This document shows positions 7,877 through 18,023 of a stretch of 43,931 nucleotides of DNA, in pieces. This DNA comes from a virus (Duplodnaviria > Heunggongvirae > Uroviricota > Caudoviricetes), in IMG/VR virus record IMGVR_UViG_2541047897_000005; one strand, written 5' to 3'. The notes below the pieces were generated by a model. It had not been told where the DNA came from. It was given only the letters and a program-made list of their open reading frames with translations, and did not search any database. A program made the position numbers and the translations under genes. Position 1 is the first letter of the stretch, and every line of letters begins with the position of its first letter.

Positions 7877-8416
7877 ATGCAACCACTTACATACCAACAG
7901 ACTAGCGGATTTAGCCCGACTGCGGTGATAAATCGTTCTCAAACAAAACAAGCTCCAGGCCACGAAAAAATCCGTGATGCCGTCCGCGCCTGGTCGGCTG
8001 TAGATAATCAGGATGTCGTTGCCGCACTCATTGTGAATGAGTATCGGGAGCAGGGCGGCGGCACCATCGATTTCCCTGATGATGTCAGCCGTGCACGCCA
8101 GAAGCTGTTCCGCTTCCTCGATAACAAATTCGATTCTGAAAAATACCGAAATAACGTGCGTGAACTGACCCCGGCAATTCTGGCGGTACTACCGCTGGAA
8201 TATCGCGGTTACCTAGTTGAGCAGGATAGCTTCATGGCTCGGCTGGCTGAAATGGAAAAGGAACTCAGTGAGGCAAAGCAGGCGGTCATTCTCAACGCAC
8301 CACGCCACCAGAAACTGAAGGAGATGAGTGAAGGCATTGTGTCGATGTTTCGAGTGGACCCGGATCTGGCTGGTCCACTGATGGCGATGGTCACCACCAT
8401 GCTGGGGGCAATATGA
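7877..8416 (+). CDS. YdaT-like regulatory protein in the cII position (179 aa)
   Basis: AGGAG RBS; motifs EYREQGGG and LTPAILAVLPLEYRG resemble Rac YdaT as recalled. Confidence 0.7.
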   Translation: MQPLTYQQTSGFSPTAVINRSQTKQAPGHEKIRDAVRAWSAVDNQDVVAALIVNEYREQGGGTIDFPDDVSRARQKLFRFLDNKFDSEKYRNNVRELTPAILAVLPLEYRGYLVEQDSFMARLAEMEKELSEAKQAVILNAPRHQKLKEMSEGIVSMFRVDPDLAGPLMAMVTTMLGAI

Positions 8417-8502
8417 CAGGTTCAGAAATGGCGAAAGCCGGTCTGCTGGAACAGAACCGACTTTCAGGTGCAAATCGTAACACACTCATTGCGGGAGGAA
8501 TT

Positions 8503-9432
8503 ATGGCAAACACTGCTGAGATATTCAATTTTCCAGTGCCGGATGCGGCACAAAAGGAGCCGCGCGTGGCAGATCTCGATGATGGTTATACGCGCATTGC
8601 AAATGAGTTGCTGGAAGCTGTGATGCTGGCCGGATTAACACAGCACCAGCTTCTGGTCTTTCTGGCTGTCATGCGCAAAACATATGGCTTTAATAAAAAA
8701 CTGGATTGGGTTAGCAACGAGCAACTTTCCGAATTAACCGGGATATTGCCGCACAAGTGTTCTGCTGCAAAAAGTGTTCTGGTAAAGCGTGGGATTTTTA
8801 TTCAGAGCGGGCGGAATACCGGCATTAATAATGTGGTCAGTGAATGGTCTACATTACCCGAATCAGGTAAGAAAAATAAAGTTTACCTGAAAGAGGTAAA
8901 TTTACCTGAATCAGGTAAAAAAAGTTTACCCAAATCAGGTAAAGGCGTTTACCCGAATCAGGTAAACACAAAAGACAAACTAACAAAAGACAATATAAAA
9001 CCTTTTTCGTCCGAGAATTCTGGCGAATCCTCTGACCAACCAGAAAACGATCTTCCTGTGGTGAAACCGGATGCTGCAATTCAGAGCGGCAGCAAGTGGG
9101 GGACAGCAGAAGACCTGACCGCCGCAGAGTGGATGTTTGACATGGTGAAGACCATCGCGCCATCAGCCAGAAAACCGAATTTTGCAGGGTGGGCTAACGA
9201 TATCCGCCTGATGCGTGAACGTGACGGACGTAACCACCGCGACATGTGCGTGCTGTTCCGCTGGGCATGCCAGGACAACTTCTGGTCCGGTAACGTGCTA
9301 AGTCCGGCCAAACTCCGCGACAAGTGGACCCAACTCGAAATCAACCGTAACAAGCAACAGGCAGGCGTGACAGCTAGCAAACCAAAACTCGACCTGACAA
9401 ACACAGACTGGATTTACGGGGTGGATCTATGA
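8503..9432 (+). CDS. O: Replication initiator O (start at ATG 8503, MANTAEIFNF...)
   Basis: Recalled similarity to lambda O N- and C-termini; GGAGG RBS before 8503; iterons lie inside the gene. Confidence 0.9.
   Translation: MANTAEIFNFPVPDAAQKEPRVADLDDGYTRIANELLEAVMLAGLTQHQLLVFLAVMRKTYGFNKKLDWVSNEQLSELTGILPHKCSAAKSVLVKRGIFIQSGRNTGINNVVSEWSTLPESGKKNKVYLKEVNLPESGKKSLPKSGKGVYPNQVNTKDKLTKDNIKPFSSENSGESSDQPENDLPVVKPDAAIQSGSKWGTAEDLTAAEWMFDMVKTIAPSARKPNFAGWANDIRLMRERDGRNHRDMCVLFRWACQDNFWSGNVLSPAKLRDKWTQLEINRNKQQAGVTASKPKLDLTNTDWIYGVDL
8854..8966 (+). repeat. Replication origin iterons (about 5 copies of TTTACCYGAATCAGGTAAA) within O, followed by an AT-rich stretch
   Basis: Five near-identical 18-19 bp direct repeats, each an internal inverted repeat (TACC...GGTA), then AT-rich sequence 8967-9010; classic ori-lambda architecture. 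Confidence 0.85.
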
Positions 9433-10130
9433 AAAACATCGCCGCACAGATGATTAACTTTGACCGTGAGCAGATGCGCCGGATCGCCAACAACATGCCG
9501 GAACAGTACGACGAAAAGCCGCAGGTACAGCAGGTAGCGCAGATAATCAACGGTGTATTCAGCCAGTTACTGGCAACTTTCCCGGCGAGCCTGGCTAATC
9601 GTGACCAGAACGAACTGAACGAAATCCGCCGCCAGTGGGTTCTGGCTTTCCGGGAAAACGGGATCACCACGATGGAACAGGTGAGCGCCGGAATGCGTGT
9701 TGCCCGTCGGCAGAATAGACCATTTCTGCCATCACCCGGGCAGTTTGTTGCATGGTGCCGGGAAGAAGCATCCGTTACCGCCGGGCTGCCAAACGTCAGC
9801 GAGCTGGTTGATATGGTTTACGAGTATTGCCGGAAGCGTGGTCTGTATCCGGATGCAGAGTCTTATCCGTGGAAATCAAACGCGCACTACTGGCTGGTTA
9901 CCAACCTGTATCAGAACATGCGGGCCAATGCGTTGACTGACGCGGAATTACGGCGCAAGGCTGCCGATGAACTGTCCTGTATGACCGCGCGAATTAACCG
10001 TGGTGAGGCGATACCTGAACCAGTAAAACAACTTCCTGTCATGGGCGGTAGACCTCTAAATCGTGCACAGGCTCTGGCGAAGATCGCAGAAATCAAAGCT
10101 AAGTTTGGGCTGAAAGGAGCAATTGTATGA
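9429..10130 (+). CDS. P: Replication protein P (DnaB helicase loader), 233 aa
   Basis: Recalled near-identity to lambda P; ATGA overlap with the O stop. Confidence 0.95.
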   Translation: MKNIAAQMINFDREQMRRIANNMPEQYDEKPQVQQVAQIINGVFSQLLATFPASLANRDQNELNEIRRQWVLAFRENGITTMEQVSAGMRVARRQNRPFLPSPGQFVAWCREEASVTAGLPNVSELVDMVYEYCRKRGLYPDAESYPWKSNAHYWLVTNLYQNMRANALTDAELRRKAADELSCMTARINRGEAIPEPVKQLPVMGGRPLNRAQALAKIAEIKAKFGLKGAIV

Positions 10131-10429
10131 CGGGCAAAGAGGCAATTATTCATTACTTGGGGACTCATAAGAACTTCTGTGCGCAGGACGTTGCCGCGGT
10201 AACAGGTGCAACCGTAACCAGCATAAATCAGGCTGCGGCTAAAATGCCGCGGGCAGGAATCCTGGTCGTTGATGGTAAGGTCTGGCGAACGGTGTATTAT
10301 CGGTTCGCTACCAGAGAAGAATGGGAAGGAAAGGTGAGCACGAATTTGATTTTTAAGGAGTGTCGCCAGAGTGCCGCGATGAAACGGGTATTGAGGGTAT
10401 ATAAAAGAACATCAATGGGTACACAATGA
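10127..10429 (+). CDS. ren: Ren (100 aa)
   Basis: Recalled near-identity to lambda Ren (MTGKEAIIHYLGTH...). Confidence 0.9.
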   Translation: MTGKEAIIHYLGTHKNFCAQDVAAVTGATVTSINQAAAKMPRAGILVVDGKVWRTVYYRFATREEWEGKVSTNLIFKECRQSAAMKRVLRVYKRTSMGTQ

Positions 10430-10496
10430 TGAAACAGGTGAGTTGAGTTCAAACTGTAGTACAATTCTCTCCAGTTTGAACAGGAAAGAATATGCT

Positions 10497-10829
10497 ATGA
10501 ATCCTTATATTTATCTTGGTGGTGCAATACTTGCAGAGGTCATTGGTACAACCTTAATGAAGTTTTCAGAAGGTTTTACACGGTTATGGCCATCTGTTGG
10601 TACAATTATTTGTTATTGTGCATCATTCTGGTTATTAGCTCAGACGCTGGCTTATATTCCTACAGGGATTGCTTATGCTATCTGGTCAGGAGTCGGTATT
10701 GTCCTGATTAGCTTACTATCATGGGGATTTTTCGGCCAACGGTTGGACCTGCCAGCCATTATAGGCATGATGTTGATTTGTGCCGGTGTGTTGGTTATTA
10801 ATTTATTGTCACGAAGCACACCACATTAA
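10497..10829 (+). CDS. emrE: EmrE, small multidrug resistance (SMR) efflux transporter (110 aa)
   Basis: Matches recalled E. coli EmrE (MNPYIYLGGAILAEVIGTTLMKFSEGF...); four TM segments; start at internal ATG 10497. Confidence 0.95.
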   Translation: MNPYIYLGGAILAEVIGTTLMKFSEGFTRLWPSVGTIICYCASFWLLAQTLAYIPTGIAYAIWSGVGIVLISLLSWGFFGQRLDLPAIIGMMLICAGVLVINLLSRSTPH

Positions 10830-11084
10830 AAATAATTTGTTTTTAAACGACTAAAATATGGAGGCTCGTATATTTATATGGGCCTCGTTTTATGCTTTTT
10901 GTTAATGTCTTTAGTTTTTATTCATTCTTTTGTGCTTTCAAGATTATGGTGTAAGAAAATTGCAATGCGATTATTGTTGTATATTCAAGATAATGTGACC
11001 TTAATTGTCTTTTTAAATAAAAATTAAACAAAAATCATATCTCACCACTAAGGTTTATAAAAGCATACTTTAGCAGGTGTCACC

Positions 11085-12611
11085 ATGAAAAAAGCCATAG
11101 CATATATGCGATTTTCATCACCAGGTCAGATGTCTGGTGATTCATTAAACCGCCAGAGAAGGCTTATTACTGAATGGCTAAAGGTAAATAGTGATTATTA
11201 CCTTGATACCGTAACGTATGAAGATTTGGGGTTAAGCGCATTCAATGGAAAGCATGCACAATCAGGAGCTTTTTCGGAATTTTTAGATGCTATAGAACAT
11301 GGTTATATATTGCCAGGGACTACATTGTTAGTTGAAAGTCTGGACAGACTTTCAAGAGAAAAAGTCGGTGAAGCGATTGAGCGTCTGAAATTGATTTTGA
11401 ATCACGGTATTGATGTTATAACTCTTTGCGATAATACAGTCTATAATATTGACTCATTGAATGAGCCATATTCATTAATAAAAGCCATACTTATAGCACA
11501 AAGGGCAAATGAAGAAAGCGAGATAAAGTCAAGTCGGGTTAAATTATCATGGAAGAAAAAACGGCAGGATGCACTGGAGTCAGGCACGATTATGACGGCT
11601 TCTTGTCCGAGATGGCTCTCATTGGATGACAAAAGAACGGCTTTTGTTCCAGACCCCGACAGGGTGAAAACTATTGAGCTAATTTTTAAACTCAGGATGG
11701 AAAGGCGCTCATTGAATGCAATAGCCAAGTATTTAAATGATCATGCTGTAAAGAATTTCTCAGGAAAAGAAAGTGCATGGGGACCTTCTGTAATTGAAAA
11801 ATTATTAGCGAATAAAGCTCTGATAGGTATATGCGTACCTTCATATCGTGCAAGAGGGAAAGGGATAAGTGAAATCGCTGGCTATTATCCCAGAGTCATA
11901 TCAGATGATTTGTTTTACGCTGTACAGGAAATTCGGTTGGCACCTTTTGGTATTAGCAATAGTAGCAAGAATCCTATGCTAATAAATCTACTTCGAACAG
12001 TTATGAAGTGTGAGGCTTGTGGTAATACCATGATTGTTCATGCGGTATCTGGAAGTTTGCATGGCTATTATGTTTGTCCGATGAGAAGATTACATCGATG
12101 TGACAGACCATCAATAAAAAGAGATTTGGTTGATTATAATATCATTAATGAATTGCTTTTTAATTGTAGCAAAATTCAACCAGTTGAAAACAAGAAAGAT
12201 GCTAATGAAACTTTAGAGTTAAAAATTATTGAGCTTCAGATGAAAATTAATAATTTAATCGTTGCATTGTCTGTCGCGCCTGAAGTTACCGCTATAGCAG
12301 AGAAAATAAGACTATTAGATAAGGAATTACGAAGGGCTTCGGTATCATTAAAAACTTTGAAGAGTAAAGGGGTGAGTTCACTTGGTGATTTTCATGCTAT
12401 TGATTTAACCAGTAAAAATGGGCGAGAGCTATGTCGTACACTTGCCTATAAAATATTCGAAAAAATTATAATTAATACAGATAATAAAACCTGTGATATC
12501 TATTTTATGAATGGCATTGTTTTTAAACACTATCCTTTAATGAAAGTAATATCCGCCCAGCAGGCGATAAGTACTCTTAAATATATGGTTGATGGTGAGA
12601 TTTATTTTTGA
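11085..12611 (+). CDS. ybcK: Large serine recombinase (508 aa), DLP12 YbcK-like
   Basis: N-terminal resolvase catalytic motif (YMRFSSPGQ...LNRQ), central recombinase region, Cys-rich zinc ribbon (CEACGN...C...C), C-terminal coiled coil; very AT-rich. Confidence 0.88.
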   Translation: MKKAIAYMRFSSPGQMSGDSLNRQRRLITEWLKVNSDYYLDTVTYEDLGLSAFNGKHAQSGAFSEFLDAIEHGYILPGTTLLVESLDRLSREKVGEAIERLKLILNHGIDVITLCDNTVYNIDSLNEPYSLIKAILIAQRANEESEIKSSRVKLSWKKKRQDALESGTIMTASCPRWLSLDDKRTAFVPDPDRVKTIELIFKLRMERRSLNAIAKYLNDHAVKNFSGKESAWGPSVIEKLLANKALIGICVPSYRARGKGISEIAGYYPRVISDDLFYAVQEIRLAPFGISNSSKNPMLINLLRTVMKCEACGNTMIVHAVSGSLHGYYVCPMRRLHRCDRPSIKRDLVDYNIINELLFNCSKIQPVENKKDANETLELKIIELQMKINNLIVALSVAPEVTAIAEKIRLLDKELRRASVSLKTLKSKGVSSLGDFHAIDLTSKNGRELCRTLAYKIFEKIIINTDNKTCDIYFMNGIVFKHYPLMKVISAQQAISTLKYMVDGEIYF

Positions 12612-12935
12612 GTAATAATCACTTTTTCAACCGTGCTATGGTATGAAAGTAAAGTGACTAATATGATATTAACTATCTTGAACGAAGCGCCCTGAGCTAT
12701 AGTTTTACTATAGGCACTGCCACTGGATGTTGGCATTCTTGCTCTAGTAGCTCAACAATACCCAATCACAAAACAATTCACTGATAACAAACTTTGTGCA
12801 CGTGCTTGGTTATGGCGAACAGGTGATGTTAACCTCTTGCCTGAATGCCACTCCACTTCATTAAGTATCTGAGCACCGAGAGGCTGGTCACGCCCCCATT
12901 AAAAATAATTTCTTTTGAATCGAGTGAAATAGGTT

Positions 12936-12962
12936 AGCCCGCATAAGTGCGGGCTGCTTTTT
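12936..12962 (+). terminator. Putative intrinsic terminator between ybcK and the esterase gene
   Basis: Hairpin AGCCCGC-loop-GCGGGCT followed by GCTTTTT. Confidence 0.45.
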
Positions 12963-14004
12963 ACAGGTCAGCGTTTGTTTTTTGTTGTTGGGTAGCGGTT
13001 TTTATGGGGGTTCCCAGGTTTTTAGTAAACCACTCAACAACTCTGTTTATAATAATTGGCTGATACCATGTATTATCGCCATGCTCAGCCCCTTCTACCA
13101 GAACGTACTCAGCGTTATCGCCGTTCTTCTTCAACATCCTGAATAGTTTGGCGCTTTGCTCAGGTGAAACCAGAGTGTCTTTGCTACCATGCATAATAAG
13201 AAATGGGGGTTTTACTCCTTTCATATGTCCGATTGGACTGGCGTTTAGCGCTTTTTCTTTTGACGCTGTTATGGGGGCTCCCGCAAAACTTCTGAATGCA
13301 GGGCCATTGATCATTAAGGCTTCGGTTACGGCAGGAGATCGATGAACCTCCTGCACTGATTCAGGGAACCCCTCGCCAATATTCAACAAGTCAGAAATCC
13401 CATAAAGTGTGGCAACTGCCTGAACATCTGCTGATTGCTGAAGAAAGTCACCTTTATTAAAGGTTTTGTCACCATTTGTAGTTCCCATCATCTGGGCAAG
13501 CCATCCACCGGCAGAGTCACCCAGAACTCCGATTCTTTGAGGATCAATCCCATAATCGCTGGCATGTTCTCTCAAGTAACGTATTGCAGCTTTCCCATCC
13601 TCAACTGGTGCTGGAAATGTATCAGGAATTGTTCTGTATTCTACAGCGGCCACAACAAAACCAGCTTCAGCCAGAGCCATTCTCATTTCAATAAATTTGT
13701 CATGTTCAGAAGACATGAATCCGCCGCCGGGATAATAAATAATGGCTGGTTTTAAATCATTTGTTCGCGGGACAAGAACTGACATGTGAAGCTGTCTGAC
13801 AGAACGAGTTCCTTTTATCTGGGAATAAACAACATCACCAATGAGATCGACCTGGTTTCTGGTGGGTGAAACACTAATGATATCTGCACCCGGGGTGTAA
13901 CCAGGAAGATTAGTCTGGACAGGTGTTGCACAACTCCCGACCGACATGGCCATTGACATACCATACAATAGTGTTGCAGATGATAATATCTTGTTAATTT
14001 TCAT
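12961..14004 (-). CDS. Secreted alpha/beta-hydrolase (esterase/lipase family), 347 aa
   Basis: N-terminal signal peptide with possible lipobox (MSVGSC), HGGG-type motif (YPGGGF), nucleophile elbow GDSAGG, C-terminal His/Asp motifs; AT-rich. Confidence 0.85.
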   Translation of the reverse strand: MKINKILSSATLLYGMSMAMSVGSCATPVQTNLPGYTPGADIISVSPTRNQVDLIGDVVYSQIKGTRSVRQLHMSVLVPRTNDLKPAIIYYPGGGFMSSEHDKFIEMRMALAEAGFVVAAVEYRTIPDTFPAPVEDGKAAIRYLREHASDYGIDPQRIGVLGDSAGGWLAQMMGTTNGDKTFNKGDFLQQSADVQAVATLYGISDLLNIGEGFPESVQEVHRSPAVTEALMINGPAFRSFAGAPITASKEKALNASPIGHMKGVKPPFLIMHGSKDTLVSPEQSAKLFRMLKKNGDNAEYVLVEGAEHGDNTWYQPIIINRVVEWFTKNLGTPIKTATQQQKTNADL

Positions 14005-14451
14005 GTTTTACATGCCTTGACTTATCGGATGAAATTCTCTTACTGAATTTAACGGCAGTTTAATAGCAGTACAACTCGTGGTAGCTAGGGAAATATCCCA
14101 GTCGTGGTTAAGGTTGTACTTGACGGCTATTATTTCAACAATGCTTAAAGTGAGAGCTTAAGGTTATGCGTATGTTTTACAGTCCGAGTAGATTCTGACC
14201 AATAGCTTCTTTGTATAATTCTGTCAGAAATAAATCTTGGCTTGCATGAAGTTTGAGACCTTATCTTGTTTGATTATGAATAATCAATTCGCCATAATTG
14301 TATCACCGGAGCCTGAACAACTCCTGTGACTTCTGCGCTAAACGGGGACGTTTATGCGCACATACAATCCAACCTATCTTCTCCATTCACAGATGCAGAA
14401 ATGCACCTGCGATTTTTTGCATCCAGCGTTTGGCCTCTGCGGAGGTGAATC

Positions 14452-14907
14452 GTGAACCTCCCACAAGATGGCATCAAATTGCATCGCGGCAACTTCACCG
14501 CTTTCGGCCAGCAGATCCAGCCTTATCTGGAGGACGGAAAATGCTTTCGCATGGTGCTTAAACCGTGGCGTGAGAAACGCAGTCTTTCCCAGAATGCACT
14601 CAGCCATATGTGGTACAGCGAAATCAGTGAATACCTCATCAGCAGGGGGAAATCGTTCGCTACCGCAGCATGGGTAAAAGATGCTCTCAAACACACATAC
14701 CTCGGTTATGAAACCAAGGACCTGGTTGATGTCGTAACCGGCGAAATCACTACTATCCAGTCGTTACGCCATACCTCCGATCTTGATACCGGAGAGATGT
14801 ATGTCTTCCTGTGTAAGGTTGAAGCCTGGGCGATGAATATTGGCTGCCACCTGACTATTCCGCAGCGCTGCGAGTTCCAGCTGCTGCGCGACAAGCAGGA
14901 GGCGTAA
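14452..14907 (+). CDS. ybcN: NinB/Orf-family recombination mediator (151 aa, GTG start), DLP12 YbcN-like
   Basis: GGAGG RBS; RSLSQN motif resembling lambda NinB; first gene of the nin region. Confidence 0.8.
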   Translation: MNLPQDGIKLHRGNFTAFGQQIQPYLEDGKCFRMVLKPWREKRSLSQNALSHMWYSEISEYLISRGKSFATAAWVKDALKHTYLGYETKDLVDVVTGEITTIQSLRHTSDLDTGEMYVFLCKVEAWAMNIGCHLTIPQRCEFQLLRDKQEA

Positions 14908-15077
14908 TGGCTACACCGCTTATTCGTATCATGAACGGACACATCTACAAAGTACCAAATCGTCGTAAGCGTAAACCTGAGCTGAAGCCATCCGAAATAC
15001 CAACACTGCTCGGGTATACCGCCAGCCTGGTTGATAAAAAATGGTTGCGACTGGCAGCAAGGAGGAATCATGGCTGA
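14907..15077 (+). CDS. ninE: NinE-like small protein (56 aa), not in the supplied track
   Basis: ATG overlaps the ybcN stop (TAATG); basic protein [25 protein letters not shown]... resembling NinE. Confidence 0.65.
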   Translation: MATPLIRIMNGHIYKVPNRRKRKPELKPSEIPTLLGYTASLVDKKWLRLAARRNHG

Positions 15078-15360
15078 TTTGAGAAAAGCAGCGCGTGGTC
15101 GGGAATGCCAGGTAAGAATCCCTGGCGTATGTAATGGCAATCCTGAAACGTCAGTACTGGCACATATCCGGCTGGCTGGATTGTGCGGTACCGGTATCAA
15201 ACCGCCAGACCTGATTGCCACCATTGCATGTTCTGCCTGCCACGACGAAATCGACCGTCGCACGCATTTTGTTGACGCTGGATATGCAAAAGAATGCGCG
15301 CTGGAAGGTATGGCGAGAACACAGGTTATCTGGTTGAAAGAGGGGGTTATTGAGGCGTGA
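15070..15360 (+). CDS. ybcO: YbcO-like protein (DUF1364 putative nuclease), 96 aa from ATG 15070
   Basis: AGGAGG RBS before 15070; several Cys/His; nin-region position. Confidence 0.75.
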   Translation: MADLRKAARGRECQVRIPGVCNGNPETSVLAHIRLAGLCGTGIKPPDLIATIACSACHDEIDRRTHFVDAGYAKECALEGMARTQVIWLKEGVIEA

Positions 15361-15719
15361 ATACCTACAGCATCACATTACCTTGGCCTCCGAGCAATAA
15401 TCGCTATTACCGCCATAATCGTGGGCGCACGCACGTCAGCGCAGAGGGGCAGGCATACTGCGATAACGTCGCCCGAATCATTAAAAACGCAATGCTGGAT
15501 ATCGGCTTGGCTATGCCAGTGAAAATCCGTATTGAGTGCCACATGCCGGATCGCCGTCGCCGTGACCTGGATAATCTGCAAAAAGCCGCTTTTGACGCAC
15601 TCACCAAAGCAGGTTTCTGGCTGGATGATATTCAGGTCGTTGATTACCGTGTTGTGAAGATGCCCGTTACCAAAGGTGGGAAGCTGGAGCTGACCATCAC
15701 CGAACTGGGAGATGAATGA
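15357..15719 (+). CDS. rusA: RusA Holliday-junction resolvase (120 aa)
   Basis: Recalled similarity to RusA ([18 protein letters not shown]...); acidic residues DLDN. Confidence 0.93.
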   Translation: MNTYSITLPWPPSNNRYYRHNRGRTHVSAEGQAYCDNVARIIKNAMLDIGLAMPVKIRIECHMPDRRRRDLDNLQKAAFDALTKAGFWLDDIQVVDYRVVKMPVTKGGKLELTITELGDE

Positions 15720-15856
15720 TGTTTGAGTCTTATATGGCAGAGCGTCTTCGCCGCCGCTGGGTGCGCCTGCGCTTATATCGTTTTCCTGGTTCTGTTTTGA
15801 CCGATTACCGAATACTGAAGAATTACGCCAAAACCCTGACAGGAGCAGGAGTATGA
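15716..15856 (+). CDS. ylcG: YlcG-like small protein (46 aa), not in the supplied track
   Basis: ATG overlaps the rusA stop; [15 protein letters not shown]... Confidence 0.55.
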   Translation: MMFESYMAERLRRRWVRLRLYRFPGSVLTDYRILKNYAKTLTGAGV

Positions 15857-15941
15857 AGTCAGAGATAACAATCAACTAATACTGTTTTGTTGATTTTTGC
15901 TTGTAATTGGCGTTCTGGTCTGATTTTTGTGGAGTAAGTTG

Positions 15942-16325
15942 ATGCGTGATATTCAGATGGTTCTTGAGCGTTGGGGAGCGTGGGCGGCTAATAATCATGA
16001 AGATGTGACCTGGTCGTCCGTTGCCGCCGGTTTTAAGGGATTAATTCCTTCAAAAGTAAAATCTCGCCCGCAATGTTGTGACGATGACGCGATGATCATT
16101 TGCGGGTGCATGGCCCGTCTGAAAAAGAACAACAGCGATTTACACGATTTATTAGTAGATTATTATGTATGTGGTATGACATTCATGTCACTGGCAAGTA
16201 AGCATTGCTGCTCGGATGGTTATATCGGGAAAAGGTTACAGAAGGCTGAGGGCATAATTGAAGGGATGTTAATGGCATTAGATATCCGGTTAGATATGGA
16301 TATCGTTGCTAATAATTCTAATTGA
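15942..16325 (+). CDS. quuD: Late-gene antiterminator Q (127 aa from ATG 15942)
   Basis: GGAG RBS; Cys-rich Q-like protein directly upstream of the late/lysis region. Confidence 0.85.
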   Translation: MRDIQMVLERWGAWAANNHEDVTWSSVAAGFKGLIPSKVKSRPQCCDDDAMIICGCMARLKKNNSDLHDLLVDYYVCGMTFMSLASKHCCSDGYIGKRLQKAEGIIEGMLMALDIRLDMDIVANNSN

Positions 16326-16357
16326 TATGCAATTGTTTACTAAAAGTTATTAAAAAT

Positions 16358-16375
16358 GGGGCGTGGAAACGCCCC
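16358..16375 (-). terminator. Hairpin, probable terminator of the minus-strand porin transcript
   Basis: GGGGCG-loop-CGCCCC stem; on the minus strand it is followed by a U-rich tract. Confidence 0.4.
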
Positions 16376-16464
16376 CAAAATAAAGGGTAATATATAACAG
16401 AAGGTTTATATAGTAAGAAGCAAGGTAGTGCTTCTAAAGGAAGTGGCTTGAGGGCTCCACTTAT

Positions 16465-16505
16465 ATGTTGCGGAGGCAAAGCCTCCCGCAACATATCTTT
16501 TTCGT
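16465..16505 (+). terminator. Intrinsic terminator downstream of Q
   Basis: 13-bp stem ATGTTGCGGAGGC/GCCTCCCGCAACAT, then ATCTTTTT. Confidence 0.55.
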
Positions 16506-16513
16506 AAGTCAGA

Positions 16514-17596
16514 TTAGAACTGATAAACCAGACCTACAGCGACGATGTCGTCGGTATCAATACCAGCTGTTTTGGTAAACTTACTATCGTCAATTAAGTT
16601 GATTTTGTAATCAACAAAAGTGGACATGTTTTTATTAAAGTAGTAAGTAGCACCGACATCGACATACTTGACTAAGTCTCGGTCACCATGAACACCAAGG
16701 TCTTTACCTTTTGACTGAAGGTAAGCAACAGATGGTCGCAGACCGAAGTCAAACTGATATTGTGCTACTGCTTCAAAGTTTTGTGCTTTGTTTGCAATAT
16801 GGTTATTACCAAAAACGGTCATATTCTGAGTTTCAGAATATGTGGTAGCCAGATAGATATTGTTCGCATCATATTTCAGGCCTGCAGCCCATACTTCCGC
16901 ATTTTTGCCGGAGGCATTGAATTTGCTCTTACCATAGGCGACCTGACCGTCAGTGCGATCTGATTTAGCATAGGTTGCACCCACGCCGAATCCTTCATAC
17001 TCATAAGTAGTGGAGAAACCGAAACCATCACCATTGGCTTCAGTTACGTCAGTGCGGTCATTTTTACCCTGATACTGAGCAGCAAAGTTCAGGCCATCGA
17101 CCAGACCAAAGAAGTCGTTGTTACGATAAGTTGCAACACCAGTAGTGCGACCAGTCATGAACACATCTGTTTGGGTCCAGGTATCACCACCGAATTCTGG
17201 CAGGACGTCAGTCCACGCACCGATGTCGTATGCTACACCGTAGTTACGGCCGTAATCGATTGAGCCGTAATCACCAAATTTCAGGCCTGCAAATGCAAGA
17301 CGGGTTTTGTCTTTGGAAGAACCTTGAGATTCAGCACGGTTGCCTTTGAATTCATATTCCCACTGACCGAAACCAGTCAGTTGATCGTTGATTTGGGTTT
17401 CACCTTTGAAGCCAAGACGGGCATAAGTAGTATCACCATCATCTGCATCATTAGAGGAAAAGTAGTGCTTGGCATTAACTTTCCCGTATAGATCCAGCTT
17501 GTTACTGTCTTTATTATAAATTTCAGCTGCCTGAGCAGACATCGCCATCAGTACTGATGCAGCTACAGCAGAAATTGCCACTGTTAATTTTTTCAT
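16514..17596 (-). CDS. nmpC: Outer-membrane general porin, NmpC/Lc/OmpC family (360 aa), apparently intact
   Basis: Signal peptide ([23 protein letters not shown]), OmpC/OmpF-like sequence throughout, C-terminal ...VGLVYQF. Confidence 0.95.
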   Translation of the reverse strand: MKKLTVAISAVAASVLMAMSAQAAEIYNKDSNKLDLYGKVNAKHYFSSNDADDGDTTYARLGFKGETQINDQLTGFGQWEYEFKGNRAESQGSSKDKTRLAFAGLKFGDYGSIDYGRNYGVAYDIGAWTDVLPEFGGDTWTQTDVFMTGRTTGVATYRNNDFFGLVDGLNFAAQYQGKNDRTDVTEANGDGFGFSTTYEYEGFGVGATYAKSDRTDGQVAYGKSKFNASGKNAEVWAAGLKYDANNIYLATTYSETQNMTVFGNNHIANKAQNFEAVAQYQFDFGLRPSVAYLQSKGKDLGVHGDRDLVKYVDVGATYYFNKNMSTFVDYKINLIDDSKFTKTAGIDTDDIVAVGLVYQF

Positions 17597-18023
17597 TGTA
17601 CGCCCTTTTTTTTGAACTATTATTAAAAAATGATGTCACTGCGCGATAAATATTCATCTAATCAATGCGATTATTTCAAGATGTAAGTTTTAGTTTCTCA
17701 TTTAATTTGTGAAGTAGATCTCTATTTTTATCTGAACCTTTTCTATCTAATCCTATTCATGGCTCTTGTTTGAACGAAAATAAATCTATTAGCTAATTTA
17801 TATTAATGGCACTTATTTATAAGCGCTCTATAATTCTTTAGCTTAATTTAAACAAACTAAAAATAACATCGGAAATTATTCATTGGTTATTTGTTGAAGT
17901 TTTCTTATGTATTTGTGGTGGTGTTTTGAACACTCGGTGGCATTCTCACAAATATCATTTAGTAGTTTACGTACGTAAAAAATTGGTTATGCTGTTAAGA
18001 GTGGTTACTTCGTCACACAGCTT

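Noticed and set aside
8854-8966. Short direct repeats that could be mistaken for a CRISPR array
   Set aside because: Only about 5 iterons of about 19 bp with short irregular spacers, inside the O gene; this is the replication origin, and no cas genes are present
12612-12960. Possible tRNA gene in intergenic regions (lambdoid phages often carry tRNAs near Q)
   Set aside because: No sequence with tRNA hallmarks (for example GGTTCGAATCC-type T-arm with a matching acceptor stem) seen in 12612-12960, 14005-14451, 16326-16513 or 17597-18185; not excluded without tRNAscan
14706-15875. Minus-strand ORFs of 165-185 aa overlapping ninE, ybcO and rusA
   Set aside because: Antisense to coherent, translationally coupled plus-strand nin-region genes; no RBS
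16514-17596. Insertion-sequence disruption of the porin gene, as in K-12 nmpC
   Set aside because: The porin ORF is continuous (360 aa with signal peptide and C-terminal Phe) and no transposase ORF or terminal inverted repeats are present
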